Positions 9,647 through 18,295 of a stretch of 64,000 nt of DNA are shown here, one piece after another. This stretch comes from an uncultured bacterium (GTDB lineage Bacteria > Hydrothermota > UBA3072): assembly GCA_964476585.1 (NCBI GenBank), contig CAYZBF010000002.1, positions 2,354-66,353 on the forward strand, in the 5' to 3' direction. A program made the translations under genes and the position numbers. The notes beneath the pieces are model-generated. The model searched no databases. It worked only from the letters and a program-made list of their open reading frames with translations, and was not told where the DNA came from. Within the stretch, counting starts at the first letter, position 1, and every line of letters begins with the position of its first letter.

Positions 9647-10079
9647 TTTAGATACCCTTATAAATAAGTACCTTGATAAAGAATTATCCAAAAAGGAAAA
9701 AGAAGAACTTCAGAATCGTGTCGAAAAAGACAAAAAATTAAAGAAAGAATTAAAGGAATTGGACGAAATGAGGGAGGTGATTTCAATGCTAAAACCAAAG
9801 GATCCGGATAAAGAATGGGAGAGATACTGGAGCAATCTTTATAATCGCCTTGAAAGAGGTATTGGCTGGATAATAACATCAATCGGAGCAATACTCTTGC
9901 TAACATTCGCTGGATTTCAACTAGTGAAGGAACTCATAAAAGACCCGGAACTCGCCCTTTATGCAAAGATTGGTATAATAGCGTTGATGATAGGTTTTGT
10001 AATCCTTTTTGTCTCTGTAGTGCGGGAAAGAATCTTTATGGGAAAATCGGATAAATATTCAAAGGAGGTAAAACGATGA
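9639..10079 (+). CDS. putative membrane-anchored anti-sigma factor
   Basis: Overlaps the sigma gene stop (ATGGCTGA). It has a charged N-terminal coiled region followed by two TM helices, which is the usual arrangement for an ECF partner. Confidence 0.5.
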   Translation: MADLDTLINKYLDKELSKKEKEELQNRVEKDKKLKKELKELDEMREVISMLKPKDPDKEWERYWSNLYNRLERGIGWIITSIGAILLLTFAGFQLVKELIKDPELALYAKIGIIALMIGFVILFVSVVRERIFMGKSDKYSKEVKR

Positions 10080-10390
10080 TACTTTCAACATCTCATACTG
10101 TGCCAGGGAAAGAAATTAAGGAAACTCTTGGCATTGTAAAAGGTAATACGGTTAGAGCGAGACATATAGGTAGAGATATTATGGCTGGTTTAAGAAATAT
10201 AGTGGGTGGAGAGATAACTGAATATACAAAAATGCTTGCTGAATCAAGAGAGCAGTCAATCGATAGAATGATAGAAGAAGCAGAATCACTGGGTGCAGAT
10301 GCTATAGTAGGTATTCGTTTTGTAACCTCATCGGTTATGCAGCGTGCATCTGAATTACTCGCTTACGGAACAGCAATAAAGCTGAAATAG
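10076..10390 (+). CDS. YbjQ/UPF0145 (DUF74) family protein
   Basis: Full-length similarity to the YbjQ family (GEITEYTKMLAESREQSIDRMIEEAESLGADAIVGIRF). Overlaps the upstream gene (ATGA). Confidence 0.8.
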   Translation: MILSTSHTVPGKEIKETLGIVKGNTVRARHIGRDIMAGLRNIVGGEITEYTKMLAESREQSIDRMIEEAESLGADAIVGIRFVTSSVMQRASELLAYGTAIKLK

Positions 10391-10402
10391 TTAAATACAC
10401 TT

Positions 10403-10432
10403 ATCTGTGTCTATCTGCGTTCATCTGCGGCC
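10403..10432. repeat. right copy of inverted repeat, with three tandem ~10-nt ATCTGYG units
   Basis: ttATCTGTGtcTATCTGCGttCATCTGCGg lies immediately after the ybjQ stop. Confidence 0.55.
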
Positions 10433-10445
10433 AAATTTGTTAAAT

Positions 10446-11321
10446 CTATTCAAATAATGCCTGTACAAAATCCTCTGCGTTAAATGGTATCAAATCTTCT
10501 AACTCCTCACCTATACCCAAAAAACGGATTGGTATATCTAATTCTTCTACAATTGCAATTACCATTCCTCCTTTTGCAGTACCATCAAGTTTAGCAAGAG
10601 CAACACCAGTAATCCCAATAGCATCATTAAAATTCTTAGCCTGTTGCAGAGTATTCCCACCTATATTAGCATCAATCACAAGGATTGTTTCATGTGGTAG
10701 ATCCTCTCTCTTTTTTGAAAGAACCCTCTTTATTTTCTTCATTTCCTCCATAAGATTCCTCTTGGTATGGAGTCTTCCCGCTGTATCAATTAAAAGATAA
10801 TCCATACCCCTCGCCATAGCTGCATCAACGGCATCAAATGCAACAGAAGCTGGATCTGCTCCATAATGAGATTCCACAACTTCTACCCCAATCCTTTTCC
10901 CCCATTCTTTCAGTTGTTCTCCTGCTCCTGTTCGATATGTATCCGCACATGCGAAAATAACCTTATTCCCCCCCTCCTTAAGCATATATCCTCTTTTCCC
11001 TATGGTTGTGGTCTTCCCAACGCCATTAACCCCAACATATAGTTCAACAATAGAGGGCTTTCCATCCAGACTTTTATTCGGTTGTTTATTAAGGATATCA
11101 ATCAGTTCTTTTTGAATTCGAGGATAGTACTCTTGAGGCCCTACACTCTCAAGAACATCAATCAACCTTTTCACCGTAAAAAGCCCCAAATCCGCCTGAA
11201 CCAGGAGATCTTCTATATCAAATAAAAGATCCGGATCACGCCTTCCGATTAGATTTCTTATCTTCTTGCTAAAACTACTCCTTGTCTTCTTTAGAGCCTC
11301 GCGAAGCCCCATACTCCGCAA
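10446..11321 (-). CDS. ftsY: signal recognition particle receptor FtsY (NG domain only)
   Basis: GVNGVGKTTTIGK P-loop, DTAGR motif and no M domain. The likely true start is at MGLREALKKTRSS (approx 11312). Confidence 0.85.
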   Translation of the reverse strand: MRSMGLREALKKTRSSFSKKIRNLIGRRDPDLLFDIEDLLVQADLGLFTVKRLIDVLESVGPQEYYPRIQKELIDILNKQPNKSLDGKPSIVELYVGVNGVGKTTTIGKRGYMLKEGGNKVIFACADTYRTGAGEQLKEWGKRIGVEVVESHYGADPASVAFDAVDAAMARGMDYLLIDTAGRLHTKRNLMEEMKKIKRVLSKKREDLPHETILVIDANIGGNTLQQAKNFNDAIGITGVALAKLDGTAKGGMVIAIVEELDIPIRFLGIGEELEDLIPFNAEDFVQALFE

Positions 11322-12228
11322 CCTCCCTTTCTAATCTCCTTATCCTTTCAGAGAGTGCAGTTACAGCTTCTGTTATAAAACCTACTGTGAAGAGTACTAA
11401 GCCTGAGACCACTAATAGGATGACGAGATAGAGGATGGGTCGGTAACCGTGATGATAAACAAACCGCTGAATAATCCCATATACCCCTATAAGGAAACCA
11501 AGTAGGATAAGTACCATCCCTGAAGTCCCAAAGAAAAGTAAAGGTTTTTTCAAAAGAGAAATTTGCAACTTTACTGACAATAGATCCATAACTCCTATCA
11601 CTATCCTGCCTTTACCTTTATATTTGGACTCACCATGTAACCGGGAACGCAATTTAACTTTTACCTCAGAGACGGTAAATCCTTTACTCACTGCAAGGGA
11701 TACGATATAACGGTGCCAGTCTTTCCGGAGGTTTATCTCTTCTAATACTTTACTTCTTAGCGCCTTAATAGCATTCTGGTCATGAATAGGTAGATGAAAT
11801 AGATGACGAGATAACCAATTATAAACCGCCGATACAAACCTTTTCTGGTACTGCCCCTCTTTCCAGCCGGTTACTATATCAAAACCTTTTTCCATTTCAT
11901 CCAAGAGTAATGGAATGTCATGTGCATCAAACTGAAGGTCTGAATCCATAAGGACTAATATTGGAGAATCAGCATTGTGAAAACCTGTAAGTATTGCTTC
12001 GGTTTTACCAAGATTTAATCGATGTCGAACAACCTTTAAATATTTGTATTCCCTGGATAATTTCAGAGCTTCATCATAGGTTCCATCTATGCTTCCATCA
12101 TCCACCAGGACAACCTCATAATCTCTCTCATCCCCATCGACCATATCCTGTATCTCTTTCATAAGTGGGTCGATATTAGCCCCCTCGTTATAGGCGGGGA
12201 TAATTATTGTGATTCTTTGCTTACCCAT
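11275..12228 (-). CDS. GT2-family polyprenyl-phosphate glycosyltransferase (DPM1/GtrB/ArnC-like)
   Basis: IIIPAYNEGANI, VLVDDGSIDGT and MDSDLQ motifs; two C-terminal TM helices. Confidence 0.8.
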   Translation of the reverse strand: MGKQRITIIIPAYNEGANIDPLMKEIQDMVDGDERDYEVVLVDDGSIDGTYDEALKLSREYKYLKVVRHRLNLGKTEAILTGFHNADSPILVLMDSDLQFDAHDIPLLLDEMEKGFDIVTGWKEGQYQKRFVSAVYNWLSRHLFHLPIHDQNAIKALRSKVLEEINLRKDWHRYIVSLAVSKGFTVSEVKVKLRSRLHGESKYKGKGRIVIGVMDLLSVKLQISLLKKPLLFFGTSGMVLILLGFLIGVYGIIQRFVYHHGYRPILYLVILLVVSGLVLFTVGFITEAVTALSERIRRLEREVAEYGASRGSKEDKE

Positions 12229-12318
12229 TCTTTGGTCTTCTCCATTCCTTCTTTCAGTGAAAATCCCATTTCATATCTAATGGAATTATTAATACTTCTA
12301 CAGCGGTCACGCGATATC

Positions 12319-13509
12319 TCACTTAGGTATTAGTTTTAGAAATCTCCTCTTTCCAAGCTTTATGATAGTTTCATCGTCAAAGGAAACATTCAAAGTGGAA
12401 TCACTAATTCTCTCGCCATCAATCCTTAGAGCTCCCTGCTCTATTAATCTCCTTGCCTCGCCTCTGGAACTGACCAGTCCAGCCTTATCAAGTAATTCGA
12501 CTATCCAGATATCTTCTTCCTTTTTAACATAAAATTCATCGATATCCTGGGGCACTTCTTCTCTAGAAAATACCCTAATAAATTCTGTCCTCTCTCTCTT
12601 TGCATCCTCTTTTGAATTATATAGCCTAACAATTCCTTCTGCGAGATCGAGCTTCAGATCCATTGGATTCTCTCCTCTTTTCAATCTCTTCTTCAATTCA
12701 CCAAGGGATTCTTCATCGTAATCCAGACAGAGTGCATAATATCGCAGTATTAATTTATCAGGAATTGACATTACCTTACCAAACTGCTGTTTTGCTGATT
12801 CTTCAATACCTATATAATTATTATAGGATTTGCTCATCTTCCTCACACCATCTAATCCTTCAAGCAGAGGCATCAGTATGACTACCTGAGGTTCCTGCCC
12901 AAAACTCCTCTGAAGATCTCTGCCCATAAGATGGTTCCATCTCTGATCCGTACCGCCCAATTCAATATCTGCCTTGACAGCAACTGAATCATACGCCTGA
13001 AACATCGGGTATAGGAATTCATGTAAAGCAATAGGACTTTCGGCTTTAAATCTTTGATTAAAATCGTCTCTTTCAAGAAGTCTTGCAATAGTAATCTGTG
13101 AGGCAAGTTTCACAATCAGAGAAGAATTGAGTTCTGAGAGCCATTCTGAATTATATCTAAATTCCGTCCTTTTCTTGTCTAAGATCCTGAATATCTGTCT
13201 CTTGTATCCCTTCATATTCTTTTTTATTTGTTTTTCACTAAGTGTCACCCTGGTCTTTGATCTACCAGAAGGATCTCCAATCATTGCTGTAAAATCACCT
13301 ACAATGAGGACAGCGATATGACCAAGATCCTGAAATTGTCTGAGTTTTCGTAGGACTACAGCAAAACCGAGATGGATTTCAGGCGCAGTTGGGTCAATAC
13401 CGAGTTTCACTCTAAGGGGACGAGATTTCCTTAATTTTTTCTCTAATTCCTCCAGAGGTATGACTGTATCTGCGCCCTTTAATAATCTGTCAAAGTCTGA
13501 GCTTATCAT
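12319..13509 (-). CDS. tyrS: tyrosyl-tRNA synthetase
   Basis: HIGH-like PTAPEIHLG and KMSKS motifs; C-terminal S4 domain (SSRGEARRLIEQGALRIDGERI). Confidence 0.85.
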   Translation of the reverse strand: MISSDFDRLLKGADTVIPLEELEKKLRKSRPLRVKLGIDPTAPEIHLGFAVVLRKLRQFQDLGHIAVLIVGDFTAMIGDPSGRSKTRVTLSEKQIKKNMKGYKRQIFRILDKKRTEFRYNSEWLSELNSSLIVKLASQITIARLLERDDFNQRFKAESPIALHEFLYPMFQAYDSVAVKADIELGGTDQRWNHLMGRDLQRSFGQEPQVVILMPLLEGLDGVRKMSKSYNNYIGIEESAKQQFGKVMSIPDKLILRYYALCLDYDEESLGELKKRLKRGENPMDLKLDLAEGIVRLYNSKEDAKRERTEFIRVFSREEVPQDIDEFYVKKEEDIWIVELLDKAGLVSSRGEARRLIEQGALRIDGERISDSTLNVSFDDETIIKLGKRRFLKLIPK

Positions 13510-14417
13510 TTCCCTCCAGACGGTATTTGAAGAAGAGGAGTGAGTTTTTGGTCGAATGGAGCAATTATAACCGTATTATTAGGGGAGTTAACAAGTCTTT
13601 GTAGGGTCTGGATATAGTACCACTGTAGATAACTGTTTGAAAGAGATTTTGATATAATGCGGTTGGCCTCTGCTATTCCCTCTGCTTCAAGCTTTTTCCG
13701 CTCCACTTCTCTGCTCTCTTTCTCGATGACAAACTCCATCCTTTCTGCTTCCTGTTTGGATGCCATCTTTTCGTCTATTTTTCCTTCAACCTTGGCTGGC
13801 AACTTAACATCACGCATTAAAACCTTCTCTATCACAATACTCCTTCCAGTAAGGTTCTCTTTCAAACTCTCTTCAATCGAAAGAGCAATATTTTCTCTGT
13901 TCTCTGTATATATGTCAGCTACTTCATAACCAGCGATAATATTCCTGATAACGGTTTTTATAGCAGGTCGGACAATCTTATCCACAAAATTAGGACCAAT
14001 ATCTCGGTAAACTACTGCGGCACCTTCAGACTTAAGACGATACAATACTGTCACATCCAGTTTAACCATAAGTCCCTCTGAAGTAAGCGCCGAAATAGTA
14101 TCGTCTCCACGAACAACTCCTTCCCCGGCTTTACCGCTCATTGTATAACTCTCTGTTCGAATACTCATCTTTTCGATTGAAGCAAATGGATTAATCAGGT
14201 GGATTCCGCTCTTCAAGGTTCTTTCCTGGACCTTACCAAAGAGAACAACCACTCCGACCTGTCCAGGTCCCACAAGACGAACCATGGAAGCAATCAGAAA
14301 GATAAAGGATAGAGATAAAATACCAACGGGCGCTAGCCTTGTTCGTCTCTTAATTTCCGGGGAAAGTATCATAGTTATTCCAATCACAAGGGTTACAACA
14401 AACAAAAATATTAACAT
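13506..14417 (-). CDS. SPFH/Band-7 (prohibitin/HflC-like) membrane protein
   Basis: N-terminal TM helix, SPFH core and C-terminal coiled coil. A 4-nt overlap with tyrS suggests an operon. Confidence 0.8.
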   Translation of the reverse strand: MLIFLFVVTLVIGITMILSPEIKRRTRLAPVGILSLSFIFLIASMVRLVGPGQVGVVVLFGKVQERTLKSGIHLINPFASIEKMSIRTESYTMSGKAGEGVVRGDDTISALTSEGLMVKLDVTVLYRLKSEGAAVVYRDIGPNFVDKIVRPAIKTVIRNIIAGYEVADIYTENRENIALSIEESLKENLTGRSIVIEKVLMRDVKLPAKVEGKIDEKMASKQEAERMEFVIEKESREVERKKLEAEGIAEANRIISKSLSNSYLQWYYIQTLQRLVNSPNNTVIIAPFDQKLTPLLQIPSGGK

Positions 14418-14436
14418 TTATCCTCCTAAATTGAAG

Positions 14437-14510
14437 TAGCGGCGCAGGGACTCGAACCCCGGACACGTGGATTATGATTCCACTGCTCTAACCAACTGAG
14501 CTACGCCGCC
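14437..14510 (-). tRNA. tRNA-Met (anticodon CAT), elongator-like
   Basis: The reverse complement GGCGGCGTAGCTCAGTTGGTTAGAGCAGTGGAATCATAATCCAC...GGGGTTCGAGTCCCTGCGCCGCTA folds as a cloverleaf. The anticodon loop is AUCAUAA. CCA is not encoded. Confidence 0.85.
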
Positions 14511-14563
14511 ATTTTTAGAAATATATTAAATACCAATGGATTGTCAACCTTTTTGTCTTAACT

Positions 14564-14914
14564 GTGATTACCATAAAGCTACCATATTCTACAGTTGACA
14601 TCTGGTCAGAAGTAAACTATAATAGTTCCATGTTATGGTGTATTACCTTATTACTACTCAGTTTTGAAGGAAAAGAGGGGACTCAACAGGGATATGATAA
14701 TTTTGAGGATGAACAATGGGAAGCACACCAGGAATCCCTCTATGTTGACACCCTTATCCCTGATTCAACTAAAATTATTGATACAGCTCAAAACCAAAAG
14801 GATGTCAAAAAGACTATAACCACGGGGTTTTTCAAATCAGGAATCCAATTAACTGTTATCATAATTCTCCTGGTTGTTGCTTTATTTTACCTCAAAAAAA
14901 GATTCAGAATCTAA
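14564..14914 (+). CDS. hypothetical small protein with C-terminal TM helix
   Basis: ORF only; hydrophobic C-terminal segment; no recognisable motif. Confidence 0.25.
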   Translation: MITIKLPYSTVDIWSEVNYNSSMLWCITLLLLSFEGKEGTQQGYDNFEDEQWEAHQESLYVDTLIPDSTKIIDTAQNQKDVKKTITTGFFKSGIQLTVIIILLVVALFYLKKRFRI

Positions 14915-14976
14915 AGGAACTTTAGACCCTGACACCCAGAAAAGATCGACATATATTCACTTAAGAGAGGAGATAC

Positions 14977-15351
14977 TCATTCTATCCATATCCTAATCTT
15001 TTCATCGTCTTCATTTATATCTACAATAGTAGAAGGGATATCATATAATTCTTCCTCTATTGATTTTAATATCTCCTCTATATCAATGTCATATTCCTCT
15101 AACTTTTCCCTTGTTTCAGGGGAAAACTTTGTTACAAAGTGTCCGCCTATCTTCATCAATTTTGTTGCAATAACTATCGGGATTTTCACATTCACCTTTT
15201 TTTCACCCTCACTCTCAACTTGTATCCTGAAGAATCTCCCCTTCCCTCCTCCCCTTTTCTTCTCAATCCTCTCCAAGAGCCTGTATGCCTCATCCGCATT
15301 AATCTTTCCTTCCTCAAGCATCTTCAGTATACGCTCTTTTTCACTGCTCAC
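14977..15351 (-). CDS. SHOCT-like N-terminal helix plus small beta-rich domain protein (paralog of 15593-16279)
   Basis: N-terminus MSSEKERILKMLEEGKINADEAYRLLERI is ~60% identical to the N-terminus of the 228-aa gene. Confidence 0.5.
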   Translation of the reverse strand: MSSEKERILKMLEEGKINADEAYRLLERIEKKRGGGKGRFFRIQVESEGEKKVNVKIPIVIATKLMKIGGHFVTKFSPETREKLEEYDIDIEEILKSIEEELYDIPSTIVDINEDDEKIRIWIE

Positions 15352-15596
15352 ATTTCCTCCAATTCATCCAATGCTTCCTTAAAATCAACTTCCTTATTCT
15401 CAAGTTTTTTCAATATCTTTTTAACGGTTTTATTCTCTTTCCTTTGCCTCTTTCTCATGTAATCCCAGATTTTATACAATCCGAGCACCAGAAGTAGAAA
15501 AGGCCAGTCTCTACCCCAGTTGAAACCACCACCATATAAGTTAAGCAACCAGATTCCTGCACCTAGTACAAGACAGATTAATCCAAAGACCATCAT
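15348..15596 (-). CDS. small 2-TM membrane protein with C-terminal SHOCT-like motif
   Basis: Two hydrophobic helices, then KEVDFKEALDELEEM. Overlaps both flanking genes by 4 nt. Confidence 0.5.
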   Translation of the reverse strand: MMVFGLICLVLGAGIWLLNLYGGGFNWGRDWPFLLLVLGLYKIWDYMRKRQRKENKTVKKILKKLENKEVDFKEALDELEEM

Positions 15597-16279
15597 TCCT
15601 CCTTTTCTTTTTTCTTTTTTAATTCAATGGAAGATAGTTTTGCATCGATAGTTATGCATCCTTTATCCTTTCCTACAATACCTTGAACACCATCATTAGA
15701 TTCACTCAATCCAAGCTCTTGTGAAATTGACCCCAAAGAATTTATCACATTAAAACGCTGGTTAACCGGTGACAAAAAAGAAAGAGAGAGGCTTCCCATC
15801 CTTACATTTGCATCAATGTCAAGAGACCTCTTTACATAAAGTTCAGTATTACTCATCTTGCTTTCAAGCTTTAGGGGAACCCCTATAGTCCCATTGAGGT
15901 CTCCAGCTTTAAGATTAATTTGGAGTGAGGAATTTTCTGGAACTTCCATAGTCATTGAACCAAAGATCTCCACTTTGGTGCTCTCTGTTTCTTCCTTGAT
16001 AGAAAATCGCCCCTCACCATGGACCCTGAACATCTTATCAGGAGATTCCTTTAGTGTAAGACTTGAGGCATTAAGATTAAGTAAAACTTCATCTGCCTCG
16101 AATTCCTCTGATATTTTACCAATGGTTGCACCTCCGACCGAAATGGCCTGCACGATTCTTTCTACAAATCCAGTTCCTGCCTTATCTTTGGATAAGGCTT
16201 CAAGCAATTTAAGAGCCTCGTCGGCAGAAATTTTACCGTTTTCGAGCATCCTGAGGATCCGCATTCTCTCATCACTCAT
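15593..16279 (-). CDS. SHOCT-like N-terminal domain plus DUF4097/LiaG-like beta-rich (putative adhesin-fold) protein
   Basis: N-terminus MSDERMRILRMLENGKISADEALKLLEAL, followed by repetitive beta-strand segments typical of DUF4097. Confidence 0.55.
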   Translation of the reverse strand: MSDERMRILRMLENGKISADEALKLLEALSKDKAGTGFVERIVQAISVGGATIGKISEEFEADEVLLNLNASSLTLKESPDKMFRVHGEGRFSIKEETESTKVEIFGSMTMEVPENSSLQINLKAGDLNGTIGVPLKLESKMSNTELYVKRSLDIDANVRMGSLSLSFLSPVNQRFNVINSLGSISQELGLSESNDGVQGIVGKDKGCITIDAKLSSIELKKKKEKEE

Positions 16280-16643
16280 CTTCGTAACCCCCTTTCTCTT
16301 CTAACCTTCTTAAAGCCTCCTTAACATCTATATGACCCATCTCTAATTCGGCGATAACGTCGCCTCTTTCACTTTCAGAAGGGGGGAATCCAAGAGCTAA
16401 CCTTACCTCCTCCAGACGGGCTCTGACAGTGGGATAGGAAAGATCAAATATCTCCCCTACTTTTTTAAGATTCCCCCTGACCCTGATAAACAACCGGATA
16501 AACTCCCAATGCTCTTTTGATACAGGAATACCTCCCCCCTCAAAAGAACCACTCACCACAGCATCACATTCACTGCATTTAAATCCTGTTATTTTTATCA
16601 CTCCTCCACAAAAAGGACAACGATCTGGTAGTTTCTTTTCCAT
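16272..16643 (-). CDS. Zn-ribbon plus HTH (DUF2089-like) protein with C-terminal SHOCT-like motif; putative regulator of the cluster
   Basis: CPFCGG...CSEC zinc ribbon; HTH-like VGEIFDLSYPTVRARLEEVRLAL; C-terminal GHIDVKEALRRLEE. Confidence 0.55.
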   Translation of the reverse strand: MEKKLPDRCPFCGGVIKITGFKCSECDAVVSGSFEGGGIPVSKEHWEFIRLFIRVRGNLKKVGEIFDLSYPTVRARLEEVRLALGFPPSESERGDVIAELEMGHIDVKEALRRLEEKGGYEDE

Positions 16644-16880
16644 ATTTACATTTATAACAAAAATATTAAATTTGTCAATCTTAAAATAAAAAAATTTATT
16701 TTTTTATTAAAATTAATAAATTTTATTTAGTATTAACTAAATATTATTAAATTCTAAAGAAAGATTTTTACAACATCAATACTCTATTCCACTGATTGAT
16801 ATTTGACTGCTTGTCTAACTTTTGGGGGGGCATCCTTCTCAACATCTTGACAAAACAATTCCCCTCGCCTACACTTAAGT

Positions 16881-18203
16881 ATGTCAGCAATAATACTTCT
16901 TTTAACCGCAACGCTCTCTGCCTTGCTACCTGATGCAGTTACACTCCATGAGAAAATGATAAGAGAAAAAGAGATTTCTCTTCCTTATGGTGTATTACCT
17001 TTATACAGAGGAAAAGATGGGATTACTGTTTCTCTATATTCTATAGCAGACACTGTAAAATACACTCAACTTAGCTCTATTATGCAATACCAAAAAAATG
17101 GATGGGGGTTTAGTTTTGCCCCACTCCTTCGTAAAGGCTCCGCGCATATCTACCCGACTCGAGAGAAATTCGGAGTCTATCCGGATGTCAGTCGAGGTTC
17201 GGTCTTCTATAAGAACAATAATTTGAACTTCTCCATTGGGAAAGATATCTTCTCCATAGGAGGGTCATTTGAACACAATCCCATCCTATCCCCAAATATC
17301 CCCTTGAATTATGCACGATTCATCTATAGCAATAATAGATTTTCTTTTATGCATCTCATAGCTAGGCTCGGTGACTACACAGGCATAGAAAAGATATGGG
17401 CAGGTGGCTCCACATCTGATACAACTACATTCCAGAGATATCTTGGTATACACCGCCTGGAATTTAAACCAACAAGATGGTTAGGAATTTCCTTTAGTGA
17501 AATTATTTTAATTGGTGGAGAGTCTACAGGATTTCCCTTTGAGCTGTTTTCACCACTCACGATATATTATGTGGAACAATTTAATCAGAAAAGGAACGTA
17601 AATATATTCTGGAATATAGATGCAAAGGCAATCTGGAATGATTTCCTCCTATATTTTGATCTCTTTATAGATGACTTCCAGTATGAAGCAGATCCATGGA
17701 AAGAACCAAACCATATAGGGATCTATCTCGGGATCCAGAGAGTTGACCTTATTAGAGAAGGTTCTATTCTCTTGCTTTCTTACAACCTTATGAGTAGATG
17801 GTCTTACTGTAATCTAATTGTATGGCAGAGATATACCGATAGAGAATTTCCCTTAGGTGCACCCCTTGGAAATGATTATGATCGACTTTACCTGCTAGCG
17901 CTCTACCCTTTATCCCCCTTCAAAACCGGGCTCGAATTCTCCTTTACGCGTAAAGGAGAAAATTCAATAGATGCACCATGGCCGGTAAATTCAACTTATG
18001 GTCCAGCCCCTAATAATCAATTTAATGGTACGAATTTCCTATCAGGAATAGTCGAAAAACGATTCAGTCTTTCTCCAATCTTTAGATATAAGGACATTCT
18101 TAATCTCAAAGCAGGATTCTACTATATTCAAAATTACCAGCACCAAGAAGGCACCACTAAAACCGAACCACTATTAGAGCTTAAAATTAAATACCATATA
18201 TAG
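16881..18203 (+). CDS. hypothetical secreted, aromatic-rich, probable outer-membrane protein
   Basis: N-terminal signal peptide. Frequent Y/F/W and alternating beta-like segments. No defining motif recognised. Confidence 0.4.
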   Translation: MSAIILLLTATLSALLPDAVTLHEKMIREKEISLPYGVLPLYRGKDGITVSLYSIADTVKYTQLSSIMQYQKNGWGFSFAPLLRKGSAHIYPTREKFGVYPDVSRGSVFYKNNNLNFSIGKDIFSIGGSFEHNPILSPNIPLNYARFIYSNNRFSFMHLIARLGDYTGIEKIWAGGSTSDTTTFQRYLGIHRLEFKPTRWLGISFSEIILIGGESTGFPFELFSPLTIYYVEQFNQKRNVNIFWNIDAKAIWNDFLLYFDLFIDDFQYEADPWKEPNHIGIYLGIQRVDLIREGSILLLSYNLMSRWSYCNLIVWQRYTDREFPLGAPLGNDYDRLYLLALYPLSPFKTGLEFSFTRKGENSIDAPWPVNSTYGPAPNNQFNGTNFLSGIVEKRFSLSPIFRYKDILNLKAGFYYIQNYQHQEGTTKTEPLLELKIKYHI

Positions 18204-18204
18204 G

Positions 18205-18295
18205 GATTGGGTCTTAGGTTTTAGGTCTTGGGTTTAAATTCTTATATTGGGAAGGGGGAAACTAATACCCAATGCCTAACACCTAAAACCTAATC
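18205..18295. repeat. 91-nt imperfect palindrome (29-nt arms, 24/29 complementary) that fills the convergent intergenic gap exactly; candidate bidirectional terminator or REP/MITE-like element
   Basis: gattgggtcttaggttttaggtcttgggt pairs with acccaatgcctaacacctaaaacctaatc. There is an inner inverted repeat tattggg/cccaata. Confidence 0.6.
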
